Source: a virus (Duplodnaviria; Caudoviricetes). Taken from it: a DNA stretch of 64,000 bases. The stretch's first letter is position 1. Each line of letters opens with the position of its first letter. Positions 1-8,991 of the stretch are shown one piece after another. Under the pieces are notes generated by a model. It worked only from the letters and a program-made list of their open reading frames with translations. It was not told where the DNA came from and did no database searches. The stretch is from IMG/VR virus record IMGVR_UViG_3300020166_000019, positions 1 through 64,000 of that record; one strand, written 5' to 3'. The position numbers and the translations under genes were made by a program.

Positions 1-1776
1 AATTCTTACATTATTACCTGCGCCCACTGAACTTGTAGATGTATTGATTACTATATTTTGTGTTTCATTCAAAATTTTACTACTATCTAAGTTTGTCATG
101 TTAGTAAGTAATCCTAGATACTGTACAGTAGTTTCTTTAACGATAAATCTACCACCGTTTTCAGGATTATCAACTTTTCTTATATATCCAATGGCATCTT
201 GTATAGTTACCGCATCTGGACCAGTGGATAAATCCCAGCCTGCCCCATTCCATAAATATACTGAAGGAGTTTCTGCATCTAAAATAGTTTCTCCGTCTAG
301 ACCGCCATTAAATTCTACATCAAAATATGTTGAACCTCCCTGTGAGTGACTATAATAACCATAAGGAGATTCTCCCATAAATGATGCAAGTCTAGGATCA
401 CTTGATAAATCTACAACTATTTCAGAAGAAATTTGAAAGTTGTCAACATCGTTCCAATTTGTGGTATAAAATGTAATAATATTACCCTGTCTAATTACTT
501 TAATTCTAGTATAGTCTGGAGACCATGAGCCGGAAGTTGAACCGGCAGTCATATTACTTTCTGCTATCATCCAGGTTGGATCCCATGGTCCATTTTCAGT
601 ATAGAAAACCCCCCAATGATTACTAGGGTTCTGTCCGCCTTTAGTTCTTGCAGCGACTAATGTTTTATTTATTGAACCTTCTCTGGTAAATGCTGCAATC
701 AAACCAATGGTATCATTATCACCGGCTGCATCTGATCTGACATTTGCGGAAAATACATAATCATTATATTTTTCAGGAGATACAAATCCGCCGCCGTACG
801 AAGTATTTGTAGGCTGAACAATTCTTGTTGGATTCTGTTGTAATGTCCAATCTGCTGCTTGCCCGCCCGGTGGTGTTCCACCTGGATAATATCCAGATCC
901 GTCAAATCTGTCCCATGAATTGAAAACATCTGCTTGTGAAGGGGGACTTATAACTTGGGTTGCTGCTAATGCTTCGTCGGCATCCCAAAACATTAAAGAT
1001 GGCTTTTCAGGAAGTGGAGTAATATTTATATATGCTTTTCCATTTGCTGTTTCTGTTCCATTAGTCACAATATAATCAAAACTAGCAGGCTGACCTGACA
1101 GTCCAGTGGAATTAAATTCTATTGTTCCTGAAGATAGTGATACTGTACCGCCAACTGGATTACTAACTGCAGTAACAGTTAATGTACGTCCCTGTCCATC
1201 GATATCATTATTAGATAAATTAGATGCTGATGTTAGTAATGTTTCACCTTGGCGCACACTTAACGTATCAGGTATTGCAATGATTGGAGGTATTGCAAGA
1301 ACTGTCATACTAACTGTTCCAGTCTCGTTTATATTAGAACTATTACGAACAGTATATGAAAAACTGGCAGCATTGCTACCTAATGTTCCGCTGGTAGATG
1401 TGAATTCTACATTAGATCCATTCAATACAACTGTTCCGTTAATAGGAGACTGCACTGATATCAATGTCAATGCATCAAGGTTTCCACTCCATTCATCTAC
1501 GCTTCCTGCTAAAATAGAGGCAACTGGTATAATCGTAGAATATGTCGTTATTACTTCAAATGTGTTATCTGCTAATAATATTCTGTAATTTGAAAGTCCG
1601 TAAAAATTTGATAGTGCTATTGGATCACCTGCAGACTTGCCTATCATGTCTCCCATAACATTTATTAAATCAGTTAAAGTTACGTTATTCAAATCCGCAA
1701 TATCAGCTGGCAATCGACTACTAAATTCTGCTACAATATCTGCTACTGAAATTTTTCCACTATTCTGTATTGGCAT
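1..1776 (-). CDS. Tail-fibre tip adhesin / receptor-binding protein with tandem cadherin-like (Ig) domains; runs off the window start (>=592 aa)
   Basis: Not in the ORF track. Read by hand from ATG at 1776, 2 nt after the fibre stop: MPIQNSGKISVADIVAEF...PIALSNFYG, an N-terminal motif typical of adhesins that follow S74-type fibres. Two Ig-like units (SPINGTVVLNGSNVEFT...ASFSYTVRN; NPVGGTVSLSSGTIEFN...ASFDYIVTNG), then a beta-rich domain (DNDTIGLIAAF). Open to base 1. Confidence 0.75.
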   Translation of the reverse strand, partial: MPIQNSGKISVADIVAEFSSRLPADIADLNNVTLTDLINVMGDMIGKSAGDPIALSNFYGLSNYRILLADNTFEVITTYSTIIPVASILAGSVDEWSGNLDALTLISVQSPINGTVVLNGSNVEFTSTSGTLGSNAASFSYTVRNSSNINETGTVSMTVLAIPPIIAIPDTLSVRQGETLLTSASNLSNNDIDGQGRTLTVTAVSNPVGGTVSLSSGTIEFNSTGLSGQPASFDYIVTNGTETANGKAYINITPLPEKPSLMFWDADEALAATQVISPPSQADVFNSWDRFDGSGYYPGGTPPGGQAADWTLQQNPTRIVQPTNTSYGGGFVSPEKYNDYVFSANVRSDAAGDNDTIGLIAAFTREGSINKTLVAARTKGGQNPSNHWGVFYTENGPWDPTWMIAESNMTAGSTSGSWSPDYTRIKVIRQGNIITFYTTNWNDVDNFQISSEIVVDLSSDPRLASFMGESPYGYYSHSQGGSTYFDVEFNGGLDGETILDAETPSVYLWNGAGWDLSTGPDAVTIQDAIGYIRKVDNPENGGRFIVKETTVQYLGLLTNMTNLDSSKILNETQNIVINTSTSSVGAGNNVRI

Positions 1777-1778
1777 AA

Positions 1779-4673
1779 TTAATTACCTTTCAGTTTTTCC
1801 ACTTCATCTTTTAACTCTTTGATAGCCTCTATTAATAATGGAACTAGTTTTTCATATTGTACTGTTTTATAGTCAGTTTCACCATCTAAACTAATCGGAG
1901 CAGTTTTAACCACTTCTGGTAGGATTTCTTCTACTTCCTGTGCACTAACACCTACTTGTCTTTCATCTGTGTTATATCCAAATTCAGCCGCTACATCATT
2001 TCCTTTATAGTAATATCCATTAATTTTATCTATTTTGTCTAATGCATTATCTATTTTACCTTCAAAATCTTTTAATCTTTCATCAGAATAGAATGCAGTT
2101 ATATCACCTGTTGCAGCAATTTCACCATCAACATGCAACTTCTTTGCAGGCGTTTCTATACCTACACCTAAATCGCCACCAATAGACATTGAATTTGTTG
2201 TTACTGAACCTACATCAGTTACCATTTGTAGATCCATCGAAGGTGCTACAGGAGATAAATCTATCCATGCTCCAATAGTTGTGGAATATACATATGCTCT
2301 ATCTTCTGTTAACGTATCATACCAAATATCACCGTCGCGTACATTTACAGTGGGAGCATTATCTGATAATATCACCGTTTTTCTGTTAAACGTTAGTAGC
2401 CCAGTAGTATTATCATATGACAGTTCGTCACTGTCCGTTCCTATCGCAATAGATTGTCTAGCACGTGCAGTTGTGAAATAAAGATTATTGGTACCTTCAT
2501 TTAAATCATCTGTTGTATGTGGTATTGGTCTATAAACATTGCCATCGTTTGTGAATTCCCATATATCCGTAGTTTCATTCCATCTAATCTGTGAATTGAA
2601 CAACGAACCTCTATTAACTTCAATTCCTGCATTTTCAGTTGGCGTGGAACCAGTATAATTACTATTCAATGTAATAATATTATCAGCAAGTAGAATTTCC
2701 TCTGTGTTAATAGTGGTAGTAGTTCCAGAAACTGTTAAATCACCAGATATAACAGTTGAGCCGGAAATATTTACGTCACCTGCAATATTAGTATTGCCAG
2801 TAGAATAATCAACCGTTAATTTATTTAATCCAGCGCCGTATTTAAAGTCGCCAGTTGAACCCAATTGCATACGGTGTGTGCCGGTAGTATAAAAATCTAA
2901 CTCATCGTTGTCGGCACCAGGTGCAGTTTCTGGAGTAATATATGTATCTTGATCTACATCTTTAACTCCTCCAAGTGATCCCCATGCTATTCCATCATAA
3001 CCTTCAAATATTGTATCGGATTCATTAAATCTTATTTGCCCTGCCGTTACTGTCACGTTACTTCCTGACTCACCAGGACGTTGTACAGTGGTTCCCACTG
3101 GAAGTTTTATTGCTGAGGTATTTTCGAAATCAGTATATCCTGCTATCGAGGTAACGCCGGAAGTAACTTCAACATTAAAGTTGCCTTGACCTATATCAAA
3201 TGCTGATCCATCAAATGTAAAATTAGCATCATCTTCTAATTCACCAGTTGCACCTACTATAACAATTCTATTATTTGTTAAATCTTCAACATTAACACTT
3301 GCTAATGTGGATTGGCTGTCAACATTCAATGTTCCTTTTATCTGTGTATCCCCAGTTGATACATCAACTGTGAAGTTGCCTTGACCTATATCAAATGCTG
3401 ATCCATCCATAGTAAAGTTGGCATCGTCTTCTAATTCGCCGGCAATACCTACTATAACAATTCTATTATTTGTTAAATCTTCAACATTAACACTTGCTAA
3501 TGTGGATTGGCTGTCAACATTCAATGTTCCTTTTATCTGTGTATCTCCAGTTGATACATCAACTGTGAAGTTGCCTTGACCTATATCGAATGTGACGCCG
3601 TCCATAGTAAAATTAGCATCGTCTTCTAACTCTCCAGAAATACCTGCTATAGTAATTCTATTATCTGTTAAATCTTCAACATTGACGCTTGCTAATGTTG
3701 ACTGGTCATCTACATCTAATGTTCCTTTTATCTGTGTATTCCCAGTTGATACATCAACTGTGAAGTTGCCTTGACCTATATCGAATGCTGATCCATCCAT
3801 AGTAAAGTTGGCATCGTCTTCTAATTCGCCATCGATACCTGCTATAATAATTCTATTATTTGTTAAATCTTTAACATTAGCACTTACCATAGTTGTTTGT
3901 CCATCGACATTAAAGTTACCAGACGTATACATGTCTCCTGCTGCGACATCAACTGTAAAGTTACCTTGGCCTATATCAAATGTTATACCATCCATAGTAA
4001 AGTTGGCATCGTCTTCTAATTCGCCATCAATACCTGCTATCGTAATTCTATTATTTGTTAAATCTTCTACATTAGCACTTGCAAATGTGCTCTGACTATC
4101 AACATCTAATGTACCAATTATATGCGTATCAGCAGAATCGACATCAACAGTAAAGTTGCCTTGTCCTATATTAAATGTTGTTGCGTCAAATGTAAAATTG
4201 GCATCATCTTCTAATTCACCATTTGTGCCCACTATAACAATTCTATTATTTGTTAAATCTTCAACATTAACACTTGATAATGTAGATTGCCCATCAACAT
4301 GTAATGTGCCATTGATAAGAGTATCACCAGTTGCATGAAAATTTCGGACAACTAAATCAGTACCTCGGGTACTCCAACTATCTAATGTTTCATCCCAAAC
4401 ATAAAATACATTATCTCCATTGCCTCGAAATATTTCAAATCCCACATCTTCTGTTGGGACACCAGTATGGTCATAATTCATACCCACAATAGGGTCTGCT
4501 ATGAATAAGTCAGTTGTGTCAATCGTAGTTACTGTTCCGTTAACATCTAGGTTACCTTGAATTACTACATCTCTATTAACTTTTAAATCTCTATTGATTT
4601 GTGCATCTTCTTGTACAATAACTCTTTCGCCGCTCAAAAACAGTCTATCACCAAATTTAATTTGTTCTGCCAT
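1779..4673 (-). CDS. Long tail fibre with 65-aa repeats and a C-terminal peptidase S74 intramolecular chaperone
   Basis: C-terminal GDITAFYSDERLKD...VGVSAQEVEEILPEVV...VQYEKLVPLLIEAIKEL is the S74 autocleaving chaperone signature. Start moved to MAEQIKFG at 4673. Confidence 0.85.
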   Translation of the reverse strand: MAEQIKFGDRLFLSGERVIVQEDAQINRDLKVNRDVVIQGNLDVNGTVTTIDTTDLFIADPIVGMNYDHTGVPTEDVGFEIFRGNGDNVFYVWDETLDSWSTRGTDLVVRNFHATGDTLINGTLHVDGQSTLSSVNVEDLTNNRIVIVGTNGELEDDANFTFDATTFNIGQGNFTVDVDSADTHIIGTLDVDSQSTFASANVEDLTNNRITIAGIDGELEDDANFTMDGITFDIGQGNFTVDVAAGDMYTSGNFNVDGQTTMVSANVKDLTNNRIIIAGIDGELEDDANFTMDGSAFDIGQGNFTVDVSTGNTQIKGTLDVDDQSTLASVNVEDLTDNRITIAGISGELEDDANFTMDGVTFDIGQGNFTVDVSTGDTQIKGTLNVDSQSTLASVNVEDLTNNRIVIVGIAGELEDDANFTMDGSAFDIGQGNFTVDVSTGDTQIKGTLNVDSQSTLASVNVEDLTNNRIVIVGATGELEDDANFTFDGSAFDIGQGNFNVEVTSGVTSIAGYTDFENTSAIKLPVGTTVQRPGESGSNVTVTAGQIRFNESDTIFEGYDGIAWGSLGGVKDVDQDTYITPETAPGADNDELDFYTTGTHRMQLGSTGDFKYGAGLNKLTVDYSTGNTNIAGDVNISGSTVISGDLTVSGTTTTINTEEILLADNIITLNSNYTGSTPTENAGIEVNRGSLFNSQIRWNETTDIWEFTNDGNVYRPIPHTTDDLNEGTNNLYFTTARARQSIAIGTDSDELSYDNTTGLLTFNRKTVILSDNAPTVNVRDGDIWYDTLTEDRAYVYSTTIGAWIDLSPVAPSMDLQMVTDVGSVTTNSMSIGGDLGVGIETPAKKLHVDGEIAATGDITAFYSDERLKDFEGKIDNALDKIDKINGYYYKGNDVAAEFGYNTDERQVGVSAQEVEEILPEVVKTAPISLDGETDYKTVQYEKLVPLLIEAIKELKDEVEKLKGN
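3160..4275 (-). repeat. ~5.7 tandem copies of a 195-bp (65-aa) coding repeat
   Basis: Unit SVNVEDLTNNRIVIVGxxGELEDDANFTMDGxxFDIGQGNFTVDVSTGDTQIKGTLxVDSQSTLA. GTTGCCTTGACCTATATC-like motif recurs near 3180, 3375, 3570, 3765, 3960 and 4155. Confidence 0.95.
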
Positions 4674-4706
4674 CTTTACTTCCCAATACAATGTTTTATA
4701 TAATTG

Positions 4707-4714
4707 TATTTATC
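4707..4714 (-). promoter_or_regulatory. T4-like late promoter (GATAAATA) for the tail fibre
   Basis: Variant of the gp55-dependent TATAAATA box, ~35 nt upstream of the fibre ATG. The same octamer recurs upstream of other structural genes. Confidence 0.65.
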
Positions 4715-4744
4715 AGTTATAGAATATATTATAGGATCCGAACC

Positions 4745-4775
4745 ACAACAAAACCCGGAAGCGAACTCCCGGGTC
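4745..4775 (-). terminator. Intrinsic terminator after the major capsid gene
   Basis: Minus strand GACCCGGGAG-TTCG-CTTCCGGGTT followed by TTGTTG; UUCG tetraloop. Confidence 0.85.
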
Positions 4776-4802
4776 TAATTATTTTAATCGTTTAAGTAAA
4801 AC

Positions 4803-5960
4803 TTATACGAATGCTAGGTTTGATACAGCGATTTTTGAAACATAATCTGCTGCGTTGCCTAGTGATGATGCTGTGTTTGTTAGCTCAACGTAACCGTAGC
4901 GTGTCATGAATGATACTACTGGCTCGAATGATGCTGGATCAACAACAACGCCTGATGACATTAGAGGTACATATGGGCAATAGAATGCTGCTGCATCGAT
5001 TTCGCCTTGACCTTTGTAGCCTAGAAGTACTGGTGCATCGTCTGCTGCATATGTGTTTACATAGATACGCATTGTGCCATTTAGAGTACCAACGAATTTT
5101 GTATTTGTTGGTGCTTCGAATGTGCCTTCTGTTGTACGTGCAAATGCTGATGTAGTTGCTGACTGTAGCACTGTTAGTGCTGACGGTGAAACAACTGCCC
5201 AGTTTGCTGCACCGCGACGAGTGCGCTGTGCTACTAGGTTAGCCTGCTGGTTGATTAGCGTTGCTAGAACTGCATGCTTGTCACCTACGAATGTTGGTGT
5301 ACCAGTGAATGTCTGTGACATGTCAAATGATGCGCCTTGTGTCGCTAGATTTTCTAGTGAACCTAGAACTTCTTGGTCGATTTCAGCAGTGATTTCCATA
5401 GCAAGTGCTGCCATGATTTCTGCTTCGATGTCTAGACCGTGCATTGCATTTGCGTCTTGTGCCGCTTCGAATGTCCAACGTGCTGATAGTTTGCGTGTTT
5501 TTGCTTCTACTGTCTGCTTTAGGACTTGGATTGACATACGGTTGCCCGCTGTGCCTTCCATTGATGCTGTTGCTGCTGGTGCGCCGTTTGCGTCACCTGA
5601 GTAGTTCTTTGCAATATCAAATGGTGATAGTGCTTCCGCGCCTGCTGTTACGCCTGCTGCTGTGTCTGAATAACGAACACGTAGCGTGTGGATTTGACCT
5701 ACTGGGCCTGTCATTGGCTGAACGCCGATGATTTCGTTTGCAATAACTGTTGGCATAACGCGACGGATAACTGGTAGGATCACTTTGTTTAGTGTCGCAA
5801 TGTTACCTGACTGTGTTGCGCCTGCTGTTGCTGACTCGTTAAGAGCAACTTTTGTATTTTCTAGAACTGATGACATAACGTCACGCTTTGTTCCTTCTAG
5901 ACCTTCTAGAAGTGCTTCACGTGTTGTGTCCCAGTTGTTACCTTCAAAAAGATTTTCCAT
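4803..5960 (-). CDS. gp23: Major capsid protein (T4 gp23-like)
   Basis: VQPMTGPVGQIHTLR, VEAKTRKLSARWTFEAAQD, AAFYCPYVPL and FMTRYG are conserved gp23 motifs. Confidence 0.97.
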   Translation of the reverse strand: MENLFEGNNWDTTREALLEGLEGTKRDVMSSVLENTKVALNESATAGATQSGNIATLNKVILPVIRRVMPTVIANEIIGVQPMTGPVGQIHTLRVRYSDTAAGVTAGAEALSPFDIAKNYSGDANGAPAATASMEGTAGNRMSIQVLKQTVEAKTRKLSARWTFEAAQDANAMHGLDIEAEIMAALAMEITAEIDQEVLGSLENLATQGASFDMSQTFTGTPTFVGDKHAVLATLINQQANLVAQRTRRGAANWAVVSPSALTVLQSATTSAFARTTEGTFEAPTNTKFVGTLNGTMRIYVNTYAADDAPVLLGYKGQGEIDAAAFYCPYVPLMSSGVVVDPASFEPVVSFMTRYGYVELTNTASSLGNAADYVSKIAVSNLAFV

Positions 5961-5984
5961 CTTTTTATCTCCTGTAATAAGTGT

Positions 5985-7094
5985 TTATAGTCCTGCTAAT
6001 TTCTTTAGCACAACAATATTAGCATCGTCACTTGATGTCTGTCGTGTATCAACAGATACTCCACGGTCACCAGTATGTTCTGTAACTTTGCTTTCAGTTA
6101 GGGTTGTTGTTTCTGCTTGCGCAGTAACATTTTCATTTAAAACTGCTGGTAGATATTTCTTAAAAGCAGTTTTTAGTTTTGAAGTTTTTACTGATTCTAA
6201 TAGGTCAGACATTACTCTGCGTTTCTCGCCTGCTAATGGTGATAATAGAGAATCCATCTCAGTCTTACGAGACATACGATCTTCCATTATACGCTGCTTA
6301 CGTGATGCTTCAGTAATAGCTGCTTCTTTATCAGCAATCATTTCTTCTAGTTCTGCAACTTTTTGCGCAGATTCGTTTAGTTTGCCGTTCATTTTTGCTA
6401 CTTCAGTGCCCTCATTCAATTGTGATGACATGAATTCGCCAGCAAATGCTTCAAACAACTTACGACCAAATTCGTTTTCTTTGGCTGCAGTGATGTCTTC
6501 TTTTAATGCTGTTAATTCTGAACGTAGAGCATTAGAAATTGTACTTTCTACTAACTCTGCTGAACGTTTAACAAATGATTCTTTTGTTTTCAAAAGAAGT
6601 TCTTTGCCTTCTGCTACCATGCGTACTTTAGTTTCTACTAATTCACGCTTGTCGTTATGGAACTCTGCTAATTCACGTGCAAGTTGTTTTGTAACAAACT
6701 CTTTAGTTTTATCTAAATTTTCTGCTACTTTTGTACGGTCATCACGTAGTTCTTTGACTTCGGTTGCAAGTTGAGAAGTAATGAATTTTTCAAGGATTTT
6801 AGCGTGTTCAGAAATTGCTTTCTTATACGCAACTCGTTCTGCGATTAGAGATTCGCGGTCAGTTTTAAATTCTTCCATCTCAGCACGGATTGCTGTTTCC
6901 AACATATTATCCATAGCTTCAACGATAACACCTTTATCATGTTCGAATTTTTGAGCGAACTCTTCACGCAACTCGGCTGTAATTTCCTCTCTTGCTTCAT
7001 TTAGTTTTGCTTCCATAGCCTCTGTAATAGCGGCACCAGCCTCTTCGGATAATGCGCCAGACTCTAGAAGGTTAGCAAGGATTTCGTTTGCCAT
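5985..7094 (-). CDS. gp22: Prohead core scaffolding protein (gp22-like)
   Basis: Coiled-coil, Glu/Lys-rich, many LxE sites; lies between the protease and the MCP. Confidence 0.85.
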   Translation of the reverse strand: MANEILANLLESGALSEEAGAAITEAMEAKLNEAREEITAELREEFAQKFEHDKGVIVEAMDNMLETAIRAEMEEFKTDRESLIAERVAYKKAISEHAKILEKFITSQLATEVKELRDDRTKVAENLDKTKEFVTKQLARELAEFHNDKRELVETKVRMVAEGKELLLKTKESFVKRSAELVESTISNALRSELTALKEDITAAKENEFGRKLFEAFAGEFMSSQLNEGTEVAKMNGKLNESAQKVAELEEMIADKEAAITEASRKQRIMEDRMSRKTEMDSLLSPLAGEKRRVMSDLLESVKTSKLKTAFKKYLPAVLNENVTAQAETTTLTESKVTEHTGDRGVSVDTRQTSSDDANIVVLKKLAGL

Positions 7095-7108
7095 TGTTGC
7101 TTCTCCTG

Positions 7109-7738
7109 TTAAAGTTTCAATTCACGAATGAATTTAACTATTTGTTCTGATAAGTGCTGTTGCGCAGCCTTATCACTGTGTGCATGTTGTGCGAGTTTCC
7201 ATGCTTGGTAACCGCCTTTCATGTTCATCAATCCCTCGTAGATCGCCTTTGGGTACGCCTCAGGTGCACTTGGTTGCGCTACGATATCTACTGTGACAAT
7301 TTCGAAGTTTTTCACATTTCCACTGTTATCAACTTCACCAGAACCTCTTGATGAGACACCTAATGTGGCGCCTGATTCGATTAATGTTCTAATGATGTTA
7401 CCCATGGGTGTAGGAACAATTTTCAATTTGCCATAGCCGTTGGGACCATCCATCCACATGTTCTCAATCATATGAGATACACGGTCAACATTTACTGTTA
7501 ACTCTGGTGGGTGATCACATTCTCCAAGAACTGGAAAGCCTTCAGAAATTTTCTTCTGAACACTTTCCACTGCTCTTGAGATTTCAGAAACTGGATAAAC
7601 ACGTTGGTTAGCATTTTTAACGCCGCCTTGGACGAAAATACCTTCCATGAACATACTCTTTTCACCATTTTCATTCTCAACGATGCGTGATTGCACGCCC
7701 GCTTGATTATGAGATAGTGTTTCAATAAGTATTGTCAT
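7109..7738 (-). CDS. gp21: Prohead protease (gp21-like)
   Basis: MEGIFVQGGVKNANQRVYP, LGECDHP, LGVSSRGSG and DIVAQPSAPEAY motifs. Confidence 0.95.
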   Translation of the reverse strand: MTILIETLSHNQAGVQSRIVENENGEKSMFMEGIFVQGGVKNANQRVYPVSEISRAVESVQKKISEGFPVLGECDHPPELTVNVDRVSHMIENMWMDGPNGYGKLKIVPTPMGNIIRTLIESGATLGVSSRGSGEVDNSGNVKNFEIVTVDIVAQPSAPEAYPKAIYEGLMNMKGGYQAWKLAQHAHSDKAAQQHLSEQIVKFIRELKL

Positions 7739-7762
7739 TGTATTTCTCCTGATCTCTGTGGA

Positions 7763-8554
7763 TTACTTTGCAGGTTTCATTGCCGGTGCAGATTTATTAC
7801 CTGACACATTAACGTTGCCTGTATTCATATCTTTTGCTGCTTCACCTGTGCCGCCTGATGTGTTGCCATCATTTGTTTTTACTGGTGCTGCACTTGAATC
7901 ATCGCCTGGACGCTTTGCGTTTGCATTGACTGTTGATGCTACGTTATCGCCATCATCACCTTCTGATGCTGATACCGGTGTAACATATTCGTTCAACTCT
8001 TCATCGTCTACTGACTCTTCTAAGTCTTCATCGTCTGATTCTTCTAGTTCTAGTTCGAATGATTCGTCCATGTCTTCATCTGAATCATCTTCCATGTCCA
8101 TGTCATCATCTTCATCTGAGTCATCACCTGCCATAATTTTTTCAAATTCTGCTTCTAGGTCTGCTAGTGCTGTTTCTAAATCATCTACGCGGGTTTCTAC
8201 ATCGTCGTCTGAATCACCTTCATTGTCGCCCATTTCTAGGTCATCTAATGCTTCATCATCTTCCATCTCATCTTCATCATAAAATTCTTCTGATTCGATT
8301 TCTTCTGCATCTGATTCTAATTCTTCTGTATCACTGTCTGCTTCTAGTGAAAGTTCACCTTCTTCTAGTTCTTCTTCTTCTGACTCATCTAGATCCTCAA
8401 GGTCTTCTTCTACAACTTCATCACTTTCGTTCAAAAGTTCCTCGTGGATTTGACGAGCGTTCTCTACGATGAAATCATGTAGTAGCTCTTCTGCTGCTGC
8501 ACGTTCTTCGTTGATAAGAAGTTCTAGTACTTGTTCTAGTTTGCTTCTTGACAT
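7763..8554 (-). CDS. Highly acidic prohead core protein
   Basis: Extremely D/E-rich with LxE sites; first gene of the head operon; strong SD (TAAGGAG). Confidence 0.7.
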   Translation of the reverse strand: MSRSKLEQVLELLINEERAAAEELLHDFIVENARQIHEELLNESDEVVEEDLEDLDESEEEELEEGELSLEADSDTEELESDAEEIESEEFYDEDEMEDDEALDDLEMGDNEGDSDDDVETRVDDLETALADLEAEFEKIMAGDDSDEDDDMDMEDDSDEDMDESFELELEESDDEDLEESVDDEELNEYVTPVSASEGDDGDNVASTVNANAKRPGDDSSAAPVKTNDGNTSGGTGEAAKDMNTGNVNVSGNKSAPAMKPAK

Positions 8555-8631
8555 ATTATGTCTCCTTATCTAAGTTAAAGCCACGCCAAAATAATAGTGG
8601 CAAGGTTGTAGAAACACTCTTGTTTCAAAAG

Positions 8632-8639
8632 TATTTATA
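8632..8639 (-). promoter_or_regulatory. T4-like late promoter TATAAATA for the head operon
   Basis: Exact T4 late consensus ~80 nt upstream of 8554. Confidence 0.75.
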
Positions 8640-8668
8640 AGTAAATTTTTAATTGTTTAGGAAATAGC

Positions 8669-8699
8669 AAAAAAACGGCTATTTTTAGCCGTTTTTTTT
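8669..8699. terminator. Bidirectional intrinsic terminator
   Basis: AAAAAAACGGCTA-TTTT-TAGCCGTTTTTTTT: hairpin flanked by A and T tracts. Confidence 0.8.
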
Positions 8700-8767
8700 G
8701 TCGTAGAGATATTTAGTTCACTTCGTATAGTTAAAACATACAATATAATTAAAATATTAAATATATT

Positions 8768-8983
8768 TTACATCTCTGCAGTAGATGAATCTGCTGAACC
8801 GCCATATTGTGTTTTTAGTTGTTCACTCTTTAAACTTTTTTCATAATTACGATAATCTCTAATTTTTCTAAGTTTAGATAAATGGCGTAAAGTCAAACGA
8901 ACCTTTCTGGTATCGTCTAAACTTGCAACTACCGACTTATCTTCGGCGGGATCATAATTTTCTTTTAATTCTGAATATCTCAT
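8768..8983 (-). CDS. Small head-associated protein
   Basis: Directly downstream of the portal; N-terminal MRYSELKE resembles a protease-cleaved leader; DDTRKVRLTLRHLSKLRK core. Confidence 0.7.
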   Translation of the reverse strand: MRYSELKENYDPAEDKSVVASLDDTRKVRLTLRHLSKLRKIRDYRNYEKSLKSEQLKTQYGGSADSSTAEM

Positions 8984-8991
8984 ATTAGTAT

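Noticed and set aside
44-1822. Short ORFs listed in the track at the window start
   Set aside because: They overlap the real minus-strand adhesin ORF (<1..1776), which the track omitted because it has no stop within the window.
3160-4275. CRISPR array or DGR template/variable repeat
   Set aside because: Repeats are contiguous in-frame coding units with no spacers; differences are not adenine-specific and no reverse transcriptase is present in the window.
4910-6774. Long plus-strand ORFs (5074..5604, 5728..6774 and others)
   Set aside because: Antisense shadows of the codon-biased capsid and scaffold genes; no SD and no recognisable motifs.
7758-8472. Ser-rich and Leu/His-rich plus-strand ORFs
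   Set aside because: Mirror of the GAA/GAT-rich acidic protein gene.
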